Source of the DNA: Nitrospirota bacterium
GTDB taxonomy: Bacteria; Nitrospirota; Thermodesulfovibrionia; Thermodesulfovibrionales; JdFR-85
Reading direction: 5' to 3'
DNA: 51,071 bases
NCBI GenBank assembly: GCA_015492515.1
Contig: WGEZ01000114.1
Location: 1 to 51,071, forward strand
The notes beneath the pieces are model-generated. The model did not search any database. It saw only the letters and a program-made list of their open reading frames with translations, and was not told the origin of the DNA. A program made the translations under genes and the position numbers. Below are positions 36,919 to 44,819 of this stretch, one piece after another; position 1 is the first letter of the stretch; each line of letters begins with the position of its first letter.

Positions 36919-37464
36919 TCAGGACTTCTTCTTCCAGTCCCGGTACCGCTTCATGTAGTCCCTGGCCACCCTTCCGGAGTCGAGGGAGAGGCACCTTGCG
37001 TAATTTACGATATATCCTCTCAGATACACCTCCGGCGGGAGGTCTCCGAACCTCTCGCTCTCGATGTTCTCGAGGTACTGCAGACGTATCTTCGTGGCGA
37101 ATGCGATCTCGTGCAGCTTTATCCCCAGGCCCTGCCTTATCTGCCGCAGCGTCTCACCGCTGAAGGATACATGCTCATGGACATCACCCGCCTCTTCCGG
37201 CCCTAAGGGCTGTCCCCGGCTTCCGGTATATGCGGAGCCGTTGTCCTGGAACAAGGCGCTCAGCCTTTCATAGGCGTCCTCGATCCTCTGGAGAACCTCC
37301 TGTCTGCTCTCTTCGGAGAACTCGTTGGCGATGGGATGGATGACGATGGACTCGGTGGAGTACAGTCTCTTCAGATGGAGATAGGCGTTCCTCACCTCTG
37401 AAAAAGAGGCATCGGGCTGGAGTTCCAGTATCTCGAAGTATCTTCTGTAGTCCTCTCCGGGCAT
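36919..37464 (-). CDS. J-domain-like (no HPD) plus RodZ-type HTH (HTH_25-like) protein
   Basis: 181 aa. N-terminal YFEILELQPDASFSEVRNAYLHLKRLYSTES. C-terminal LRQIRQGLGIKLHEIAFATKIRLQYLENIESERFGDLPPEVYLRGYIVNYARCL. The start is 1 nt after the ParA-like stop. Confidence 0.65.
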   Translation of the reverse strand: MPGEDYRRYFEILELQPDASFSEVRNAYLHLKRLYSTESIVIHPIANEFSEESRQEVLQRIEDAYERLSALFQDNGSAYTGSRGQPLGPEEAGDVHEHVSFSGETLRQIRQGLGIKLHEIAFATKIRLQYLENIESERFGDLPPEVYLRGYIVNYARCLSLDSGRVARDYMKRYRDWKKKS

Positions 37465-37465
37465 C

Positions 37466-38395
37466 TCAACTGTATGTCATCTTTATCTGCCTCCCCTCCA
37501 CGAGGTTCTCCGCGATCCTCCCTATCTCTTTAGCGCACCGTGAGGATGGATAGCTCTGGAGGTAGGGGCGTTGTTCGTTGACGCATCTCCAGACGAGGTC
37601 TTCGTATTCGATGTATCCCACGTAGTGGGTCTTGAAACCGAAGTACTTCATGCATACGCTCCTTACGGAGAAGCCGATGGATATCTCGCTCGTATGCCTT
37701 ATCTGGTTCATGATGAGGTAGATCCTGAAGCCGGAGAGTTCCCTGTCGAGGACCTCCCTCACCTCTGTCGAGTGCTTCCGTAGGTAATCGATGAGTTCCT
37801 TGATGTTCTTTATCCCGTAAGTCGTCCTGTTTCTCCACGTGTCCTGGAGGAACTCCTTGAAGCCGCGGCTTCCGAGGGAGATCTTCAGTTTCTTGAACAG
37901 CACGTTCTTCATGAAGTGGTACATGTTCTCTATGGCCGTTATCTCGGGAACGAGGACGATGATCATCTTGTCCGCCAGGAGGAAGGCGTCGACGGTGTTG
38001 GCGTGTGAACCGCTGCCGAGGTCTATCAGTATGTAGTCGGTCTCCAGGGTCCTGATCTGACGGAAGAGCCGGAGTTTCTGGGTGTATCTGATGTTGCCGG
38101 AGTCGATCGAGTGGAGGTCTCCGGTCACCAGACCCATGTTCGAAGAGTCGCAGCAGACGATGAGGTCAGCGAGAGATGCCTTTCTTTCGAAGAAGTCCGT
38201 CAGGGAGGTCCTGGGTCTGCTGACGCCGAGGATCGTGTGGAGGTTTGCACCGCCGATATCGGCGTCTATCAGTATGACCCTCTTTCCCCTGGAGGCGAGG
38301 TAGGTGCCGATGTTGCCTGTGACAAAACTCTTCCCCGTCCCTCCCTTACCACCGCCGATCGCCCATATCTCACATCCCTTTTTTACCCTGGCCAT
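37466..38395 (-). CDS. ParA/MinD/FlhG-class P-loop ATPase
   Basis: 309 aa. Deviant Walker A IGGGKGGTGKSF, ILIDADIGGANL, ILIDLGSG. Confidence 0.8.
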   Translation of the reverse strand: MARVKKGCEIWAIGGGKGGTGKSFVTGNIGTYLASRGKRVILIDADIGGANLHTILGVSRPRTSLTDFFERKASLADLIVCCDSSNMGLVTGDLHSIDSGNIRYTQKLRLFRQIRTLETDYILIDLGSGSHANTVDAFLLADKMIIVLVPEITAIENMYHFMKNVLFKKLKISLGSRGFKEFLQDTWRNRTTYGIKNIKELIDYLRKHSTEVREVLDRELSGFRIYLIMNQIRHTSEISIGFSVRSVCMKYFGFKTHYVGYIEYEDLVWRCVNEQRPYLQSYPSSRCAKEIGRIAENLVEGRQIKMTYS

Positions 38396-38415
38396 ACCAT
38401 GAGTTTGATATATAA

Positions 38416-38443
38416 ACTATATTAAATACAGGTCCTTCGTCAA
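38416..38443 (-). promoter_or_regulatory. Sigma70-type promoter of the ParA-like / J-HTH gene pair
   Basis: Minus-strand reading TTGACG (38443..38438), 16 nt spacer, TATAGT (38421..38416), within an AT-rich 99-bp spacer. The predicted leader is very short (about 14 nt) with no SD. Confidence 0.4.
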
Positions 38444-38494
38444 GTCAGGGTCTGGAGCGTCCGCCTCCGTGTTGCGGCCTGCGGCGTGGTTCGG

Positions 38495-40288
38495 TCACGA
38501 TGAAAGCCCGGTGACCCTTATCACCTCGTCGACGGTGGTGACGCCTTGCAGGAGTTTCCTTATCGCGCACTCCCTCAGGGTGACCATACCCTGTCCCTGG
38601 GCGATCTTCTTTATCTTCAACGGTGTCGCCCTCGCCTCGGCGGCCTCTCTGATCTCTTCCGAGATCTCCATGATCTCGAATATACCGGTCCTGCCGAGAT
38701 ACCCCGTGCCCCGGCATTCCGGGCAGCCCCTCCCTACGGCCACCCTGTACTTCCTGGCCTTCTCGTAGTTCACCTTCAGGATGTATGCCTCGTCCCTGGA
38801 GAGGGGGTACAGTTCCTTGCAGTAGGGGCAGACCTTCCTGACGAGCCTCTGGGCGATGACACCCAGCAGGGTGGCGTTGATGAGGAAGGGCTGGACGCCG
38901 AGGTCGATGAGCCGTGTGATGGAGCCCGGTGCGTCGTTCGTGTGGAGGGTGCTGAGGACGAGGTGTCCTGTGAGGGCCGCCTGGACCGCGTTCTCCGCTG
39001 TCTCGAGGTCCCTTATCTCTCCGACCATTATGATGTCGGGGTCCTGCCTCAGGATCGTCCTCAGGCTGCTCGCGAAGGTGAGGTCTATCTGCGGATGGAC
39101 CGCCGTCTGGTTGAACCCCTCGTAGACCATCTCTATGGGGTCTTCGATCGTGGTCACGTTCACCTCAGAGGTCGACAGCGTCTTCAGGGCCGAGTAGAGG
39201 GTGGTGGTCTTTCCGCTCCCCGTCGGTCCGGTAACGAGGATGATGCCGTGGGGGTGGGATATGAAGGACTTGAACAGCTTCAGCTCCCTCGGGAAGAACC
39301 CGAGGTCCTCGATGCGCTGCATCAGGACGACGGGGTCGAAGATCCTTATCACCACCTTCTCACCGAAGGCGACGGGGAGGGTCGATATCCGGAGTTCGAC
39401 CTCCCTTCCCTCATGGGCCGTCTTGATCCTGCCGTCCTGGGGGCGCCGCTTCTCGGCGATGTCCATCCTGGCCAGTGTCTTTATCCGCGAGACTATCGCC
39501 GGATGGACCGCCTTCGGGATCTTGTGTATGTTGTGCAGGATCCCGTCTATGCGGAACCTGACGAGGCTGAACTCCCTCTTGGGCTCCAGATGGATGTCAG
39601 AGGCCCTCTGGGAGTAGGCGTAGTGGAGGAGGTACTCCACCGCATTGATTATATGCTGGTCCGTCGCCTCGAGCTCGGTAATCGACTTCAGCTTGACGTA
39701 CTGCTCGAGGTTGCCGAGGTCCGTCTTGGTGTCGAACTCCCTCTGCGCCGCAGCAATGGCTGACTTGAAGCCGTAAAACTCGGTTATGATCTTGAGGATG
39801 TCGGCCTTTGTGGTGACCACCGCGTTGACCCTGTATCCCGTGGTCCTCTCGATCCTGTCGATGCCCTCGTGATCGAAGGGGTCTGAGGTGGCCACCGTCA
39901 GGGTGTTGTCGTTGAGCTCTATGGGTACGAGCTGGTGTCTAAGGGCATAGGGCTTTGATATGATCTTCGTCACCACGTCGGAGTCCAGTTTCAGAGGGTC
40001 TATCTTCAGGAAGGGCAGGCCGAGATGTCTGGCGATGCACTCCATCATCACCTCGGCGGTGAGGGTCCCGTTGGCGGTCTTCGGGGACGTGAAGTTCAGG
40101 GACTCGATGACGTCTATCAGCGAGATGGTGGACTGGTGCAGGGAGTTCTGCCTGCCTCCGCCCGTGGCCTTCAGGAGCCTGGCCCTCTGGCGGGTCTCCT
40201 TCGCCCTGGCGATCTCGATCTGTTCCTCGCTCAGAAGGCCCTCGGCCAGGAGGATCTGGAATACCTGCTCCCTATCCTTCTCCCTCAT
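38495..40288 (-). CDS. GspE/PilB-class secretion ATPase with T2SSE_N-type N-terminal domain
   Basis: 597 aa. Walker A GPTGSGKTT, DPDIIMVGEIRD, TGHLVLSTLHTND, tetracysteine CPYC...CPEC. Confidence 0.9.
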   Translation of the reverse strand: MREKDREQVFQILLAEGLLSEEQIEIARAKETRQRARLLKATGGGRQNSLHQSTISLIDVIESLNFTSPKTANGTLTAEVMMECIARHLGLPFLKIDPLKLDSDVVTKIISKPYALRHQLVPIELNDNTLTVATSDPFDHEGIDRIERTTGYRVNAVVTTKADILKIITEFYGFKSAIAAAQREFDTKTDLGNLEQYVKLKSITELEATDQHIINAVEYLLHYAYSQRASDIHLEPKREFSLVRFRIDGILHNIHKIPKAVHPAIVSRIKTLARMDIAEKRRPQDGRIKTAHEGREVELRISTLPVAFGEKVVIRIFDPVVLMQRIEDLGFFPRELKLFKSFISHPHGIILVTGPTGSGKTTTLYSALKTLSTSEVNVTTIEDPIEMVYEGFNQTAVHPQIDLTFASSLRTILRQDPDIIMVGEIRDLETAENAVQAALTGHLVLSTLHTNDAPGSITRLIDLGVQPFLINATLLGVIAQRLVRKVCPYCKELYPLSRDEAYILKVNYEKARKYRVAVGRGCPECRGTGYLGRTGIFEIMEISEEIREAAEARATPLKIKKIAQGQGMVTLRECAIRKLLQGVTTVDEVIRVTGLSS

Positions 40289-40363
40289 GGTAGTATCATA
40301 GCACTACAGGATGTTTCGGGCAAAGGGTTCCACAAAACCGGACGGATACATTATAATCTAACA

Positions 40364-40388
40364 CCCCGGAGATAATAAAGCTCCGGGG
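40364..40388 (+). other. 8-bp perfect hairpin in the leader of the symporter gene
   Basis: CCCCGGAG-ATAATAAAG-CTCCGGGG, ending 8 nt before ATG 40397. TATAAT at 40352..40357 lies just upstream. Confidence 0.4.
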
Positions 40389-40396
40389 TCCGAGGC

Positions 40397-41758
40397 ATGG
40401 AGAACCTGATCCAGTCACTTACCGAACTCACCGGCAGGCTGGCCGGCTATGCATGGGGTGTCCCCTCCATCGTGCTCCTCGTCGGCACCGGCCTCTATCT
40501 GACGATACGCCTCGGGTTCATTCAGCTCCGTGGTTTCAGGCACTCGATCCAGCTCATATCCGGCAGATACGACCGGGCCGGCGATCCCGGCGAGGTCACC
40601 CATTTCCAGGCCCTCTCCGCCGCCCTCTCGGCAACCATCGGCACGGGCAACATCGCCGGTGTGGCCACCGCCATCGCCTTCGGCGGCCCTGGAGCGGTCT
40701 TCTGGATGTGGGTTACGGCACTGGTGGGCATGGCGACGAAGTACACCTCCTGCACCCTGTCGCTCAAGTTCCGCACCATACATCCCGACGGCGAGGTCTC
40801 AGGCGGTCCCATGTACACGTTGAAGAAGGGCCTCGGCATGCACCGGCTGGGTGTCGCCTTCGCCACATTCACACTCATCGCCTCCTTCGGGATCGGGAAC
40901 ATGGTGCAGGCGAACTCCGTCGTCGACGGCCTCAACTTCGCCATTCCCGGCGCCTCGGAACACAAGCTCCTCATAGGCGTCGTCATGGCGATCGCCGTGG
41001 GCCTGGTGATCATCGGAGGTATCAAACGGATCGCCAAGGTGGCGTCGCGGATCGTCCCCTTCATGGCCTTGGCCTACTGCGGGGCGGCGCTGTTGATCCT
41101 GGCGCTGAACATCGAGCGGATACCGGCCGCATTCTTCACCATCGTCAACCACGCCCTGACCCCCTGGGCCGTCGGCGGAGGGGCGATAGGGGCCGCCCTC
41201 CGGTACGGTGTGGCACGGGGCGTCTTCTCGAACGAATCAGGCCTCGGCTCCGCTCCGATGGCCCATGCCGCGGCGCGCACCCATGAGCCGGTGCGCGAGG
41301 GCCTGGTGGCCATGATCGGTCCGTTCGTGGACACCATCGTGATATGCACCATGACGGCCCTGGTGATCATAGTCACCGGTGCCTGGGGTGACGCAAGGCC
41401 GGAGAGCCTCCAGGGAGCAGCCCTCTCGGCATACGCCTTCCACCGGTCCCTCGGAGAGGCGGGGTCATGGGTGGTGGGCTTCGGCCTCATGTTCTTCGCC
41501 TACTCTACGATCATCGCCTGGTCCTACTACGGTGACAGGAGTGCGGAGTTCCTCTTCGGAGAGAGGGCGGTCTTGCCCTACAGGATCGTCTATACAGTGC
41601 TCGTGGTGGTGGGGGCGTATGTGCCGCTGAAGCTGGTCTGGAACTTCGCAGACATCGCAAACATCCTGATGGCCGCTCCGAACCTGGTGAGCCTCGTTCT
41701 CCTTGCCGGGCTGGTCAGGGAGCTGAGCAGCGACTACTTCAGCCGGATGGGGCCTTAG
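40397..41758 (+). CDS. Alanine/glycine:cation symporter (AGCS family)
   Basis: 453 aa. FQALSAALSATIGTGNIAGVATAI, GGPGAVFWMW, VFSNESGLGSAPMAHAAA. Confidence 0.9.
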   Translation: MENLIQSLTELTGRLAGYAWGVPSIVLLVGTGLYLTIRLGFIQLRGFRHSIQLISGRYDRAGDPGEVTHFQALSAALSATIGTGNIAGVATAIAFGGPGAVFWMWVTALVGMATKYTSCTLSLKFRTIHPDGEVSGGPMYTLKKGLGMHRLGVAFATFTLIASFGIGNMVQANSVVDGLNFAIPGASEHKLLIGVVMAIAVGLVIIGGIKRIAKVASRIVPFMALAYCGAALLILALNIERIPAAFFTIVNHALTPWAVGGGAIGAALRYGVARGVFSNESGLGSAPMAHAAARTHEPVREGLVAMIGPFVDTIVICTMTALVIIVTGAWGDARPESLQGAALSAYAFHRSLGEAGSWVVGFGLMFFAYSTIIAWSYYGDRSAEFLFGERAVLPYRIVYTVLVVVGAYVPLKLVWNFADIANILMAAPNLVSLVLLAGLVRELSSDYFSRMGP

Positions 41759-41819
41759 CCCTCACCTCCCCATGCCGGCTGCCTGCCGGGGTGGATTTTG
41801 TTGACAAAAGTAGGAAAAT

Positions 41820-43400
41820 ATGGTAGAAGATACTATGAAGCCGAGGAAGGGTGAGAAGAGGCAGCGCCTCGGTGAGCTCCTCGTCGAGTACGGCCTGATC
41901 AACACGAACCAGCTGAAAGAGGCGCTCCGGAGGCAGTCCCAGGTGGGCGGGCAGATAGGCTCGATCCTGGTCGAGATGGGGTTCATCACCGTCGATGACC
42001 TCCTTGACTTCCTCAGCAGGCAGCTCGGCGTCCCTTCGGCGAACCTCTTCAAGCTCGACATAAGCCCCGAGATACTGAAGGTCTTCCCCCTGGAGAAGAT
42101 AAGGAGCCTGAAGGTCCTCCCCATAAGCATCGACGACAGTTCCGTGACCCTCGCCATGGTCAACCCCCGCGACATGATGACCCTCAACGAGATAGAGTTC
42201 TCCCTCGGGAAGAAGGTGAAGCCCGTTGTGGTGCCCGCCACCCAGATGGAGGCCGCCATCCGCAGCCTCCAGTCCCGTCCAGCGGCCGGTATAACCGGTG
42301 AGGCGATGGAGAAGGAGGCGAAGAGGACGGAGGCGCAGAAGGCTCCTCAGCTCCTCTCGCTGCTCCGTTTCCTTGCCAAGTCCCCTGCAACGGACATGTT
42401 CCTCACCGCAGGGGTGCCCCCGTCCATAAAGCTCCACAACGACCTGAAGAGGGCCTCCATGGACTCCCTCACACCCGCTGACTGTGAGAGGTATGCAAAG
42501 GAACTGATGCCCGAGAAGGGCTGGGAGGTCTTCACGAAGAAGGGTGACGTCGACTTCGCCATCACCTACCCTGATATAGGGAGGTTCAGGGTGAATGTGT
42601 ACAAACAGAGGAACTCGATCTCCATCACCATGAGGCATATAATGGAGATCATCCCTCCCCTTGAAGAACTGAACCTCCCCTCCTGGATCAAGGATTACGC
42701 CCTCAAGCCCCAGGGGCTGATACTGATAACCGGTCCCACCGGACACGGCAAGACGACCACCCTCGCTGCCATGGTCGATATCATCAACACCCACAGGAAG
42801 TGCAACATCGTCACCCTCGAGGACCCGATCGAGTATCTCCACAAGCACAAGAACAGCAACGTCAACCAGCGGGAGATCGGCCTCGATACCGAGTCCTTTC
42901 ACGAGGGGTTGAAGCGGATCTTCAGGCAGTACCCCGACGTGATCGTGGTAGGGGAGCTGAGGGATGTGGAGAGCTTCGAGATAGCCCTGCATGCCGCTGA
43001 TACCGGCCATCTCGTGATAAGCACGGTCCATGCAAACAACTCCACCTCGACGATCGAACGTATCATAAACATCTTCCCTCCCCACCAGCAGAACCAGATC
43101 AGGCTCAAGCTCGCGGATTCACTCCTGCTCGTCTTTTCCCAGAAGCTGGTGCCGCTGAAGAAGGGTGAGGGGAGGATACTCGCCTATGAGAAGCTGATCA
43201 ACACCTACAGGGTGAAGAACCTCATAAGGGAGGCGAAGACCCATCAGATAAGGTCCCAGATGCTGACGGGCTCCGAGGACTACACCACCATAGACATATC
43301 CCTGGCGGAGCTCTACCGGTCCGATCTCATAACCTTCAAGGACGGCCTCCTCTACGCGGACAACGAGCAGTTCTTCAGGGACCTGACGATCGCCGCTTAG
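41820..43400 (+). CDS. PilT-type (retraction-class) ATPase with N-terminal MshEN/T2SSE_N domain
   Basis: 526 aa. The C-terminal ~350 aa are PilT-like (GPTGHGKTT, DVIVVGELRD, TGHLVISTVHAN, VKNLIREAKTHQI). The N-terminal ~150 aa are T2SSE_N-like. Start at 41820 (AGGA SD) or 41835. Confidence 0.9.
   Translation: MVEDTMKPRKGEKRQRLGELLVEYGLINTNQLKEALRRQSQVGGQIGSILVEMGFITVDDLLDFLSRQLGVPSANLFKLDISPEILKVFPLEKIRSLKVLPISIDDSSVTLAMVNPRDMMTLNEIEFSLGKKVKPVVVPATQMEAAIRSLQSRPAAGITGEAMEKEAKRTEAQKAPQLLSLLRFLAKSPATDMFLTAGVPPSIKLHNDLKRASMDSLTPADCERYAKELMPEKGWEVFTKKGDVDFAITYPDIGRFRVNVYKQRNSISITMRHIMEIIPPLEELNLPSWIKDYALKPQGLILITGPTGHGKTTTLAAMVDIINTHRKCNIVTLEDPIEYLHKHKNSNVNQREIGLDTESFHEGLKRIFRQYPDVIVVGELRDVESFEIALHAADTGHLVISTVHANNSTSTIERIINIFPPHQQNQIRLKLADSLLLVFSQKLVPLKKGEGRILAYEKLINTYRVKNLIREAKTHQIRSQMLTGSEDYTTIDISLAELYRSDLITFKDGLLYADNEQFFRDLTIAA
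41865..42023 (+). other. Tandem MshEN-type c-di-GMP binding motifs within the PilT-like protein
   Basis: RLGELLVEYGLINTNQLKEALRRQ, spacer SQVGG, then QIGSILVEMGFITVDDLLDFLSRQ. The first fits RLGxx(LVI)(LVI)xxG(LVI)(LVI)xxxxLxxxLxxQ exactly. The second fits except Q-I-G in place of R-L-G. Confidence 0.6.
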
Positions 43401-44686
43401 GAATCCAGGGCGCCTGCCGTGATGGGATGCTGTCTCCGGGGCTCTCTCCTGACGAGATAGTAGAACCTCCTTTTGAACTCCTCGGGGCTCATCCTTGCCG
43501 TTCCGGCAAGCCCTCTAAGGGCCTCGCCCTCGAAGTCCTCCCTCTCCAGCCTTATCATGTACTGCCTCGCCACCTCATAGCCCTCGGAGGTGATCCCCAC
43601 GAACCTTACCCTGGTCTTCTGCGTATCCGGATCGATCATCTCCGACAGCGGCAGCGGGCTGAGGCAGCCGTCGTGCAGCACTATCATCGCTCCGGAGCCG
43701 CCCTCGACAAGGAACTTTACGGCGCCGTAGCCGAGGTTCCTCGTGTACTCGATGTCGAAGGGGATGGGGTCTGCGGCCCGCAGCTCGTAGCCGATGTTCT
43801 TGTCGACGATGGTCGTCTTTATCCCCCTGCTCCGGAGGCTCTTCATCACGAAGTTCTTCAGCACCCTCCCGAGCTGGATCTCCGACAGCCTCACCCTCCC
43901 CGTCTCGTCCCGCGTTATCTCCTCGTATTTCTGTAGTTCCCGGAGGTTGAACTTATGGGCGATCCCCTCTGCAAGGACGGCGACGCCGTGGTCCTTTCCG
44001 AGGTGAAGCCTCTTCAGGATTGAACCCTCAAGGACGTCGGCGACCCTCCTCAGGGAGAGCCCCCTGGAGGGGAACTCCTCGGGTATCAGTGTCACCGTGG
44101 CGCCTGCAGCCTTGCCGATGCCCAGGGCGAGGTGTCCGGTGTAGCGTCCCATCGTGGTGACGAGATACCATCTGCCCACGGTCATTGCATCCTCCATGAT
44201 GTTCTTCACCAGCTCGACGCCGAGATGCCTGGCGGTCTCGTATCCGAAGGTCGGCATGCCTCCGGGCAGCGGGAGGTCGTTGTCTATCGTCTTGGGGACG
44301 TGGACGACGGATATCCTCCCCCCCGACTCCCTGTGTATGAGGTGCGACATGTAGGCGGTGCCGTCTCCGCCGATGGTGATCAGGTATCTCACCTTCAGTT
44401 CGGAAAGGGTCTTCATCATCACCTTCAGGGCGGTCTTCAGCCGGCCCGGATAGTCCCTCGAGGTCCTGAGTATGGAACCGCCCTCGATATGGATCCTCGA
44501 TACGTCATCGATCGCCAGCGGGACGGCGGCGCTCAGGTCGCCTGCAAAGAGCCTCCTGAACCCGTCCCTGATACCGACGACCCTGAGGCCGGAGTTTACG
44601 GCCTCTATGGTGGCCGCGCTGATCACCCCGTTGATCCCCGGAGCAGGGCCGCCGCCGACGATTATTCCGAGTGTTTCGGACATCAT
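43397..44686 (-). CDS. pfk: 6-phosphofructokinase family protein (long form)
   Basis: 429 aa. GIIVGGGPAPGINGVI, TIGGDGT, VPKTIDNDL, FGYETA. The stop overlaps the pilT-like stop (convergent TTAG). Confidence 0.9.
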   Translation of the reverse strand: MMSETLGIIVGGGPAPGINGVISAATIEAVNSGLRVVGIRDGFRRLFAGDLSAAVPLAIDDVSRIHIEGGSILRTSRDYPGRLKTALKVMMKTLSELKVRYLITIGGDGTAYMSHLIHRESGGRISVVHVPKTIDNDLPLPGGMPTFGYETARHLGVELVKNIMEDAMTVGRWYLVTTMGRYTGHLALGIGKAAGATVTLIPEEFPSRGLSLRRVADVLEGSILKRLHLGKDHGVAVLAEGIAHKFNLRELQKYEEITRDETGRVRLSEIQLGRVLKNFVMKSLRSRGIKTTIVDKNIGYELRAADPIPFDIEYTRNLGYGAVKFLVEGGSGAMIVLHDGCLSPLPLSEMIDPDTQKTRVRFVGITSEGYEVARQYMIRLEREDFEGEALRGLAGTARMSPEEFKRRFYYLVRREPRRQHPITAGALDS

Positions 44687-44819
44687 GACCTACATAATAT
44701 AACAGAACAACCGATGCCTTCAAGGTCCGGATCTGTCTGCGGTTGCAATTGGTTGAAAAATTAAGAGAAAATCAGTTAGAGTTAGATTCCGTCGGAGGCT
44801 GGCCGCCGGAAGGAGAAAG

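Noticed and set aside
38546-39763. Long antisense ORFs: 38546..39763, 41739..43085, 20238..21557, 6560..7741, 28007..28975, 16684..17436, 21830..22723
   Set aside because: Each lies opposite a gene with unambiguous family motifs. None has recognisable motifs, and all show the mirror-codon composition expected of GC3-rich genes. I found no evidence for overprinted genes.
40289-40396. Glycine riboswitch upstream of the alanine/glycine symporter
   Set aside because: Only 108 nt are available, and these also carry the divergent promoters. I could not find the conserved glycine-aptamer core; only a simple 8-bp hairpin is present.
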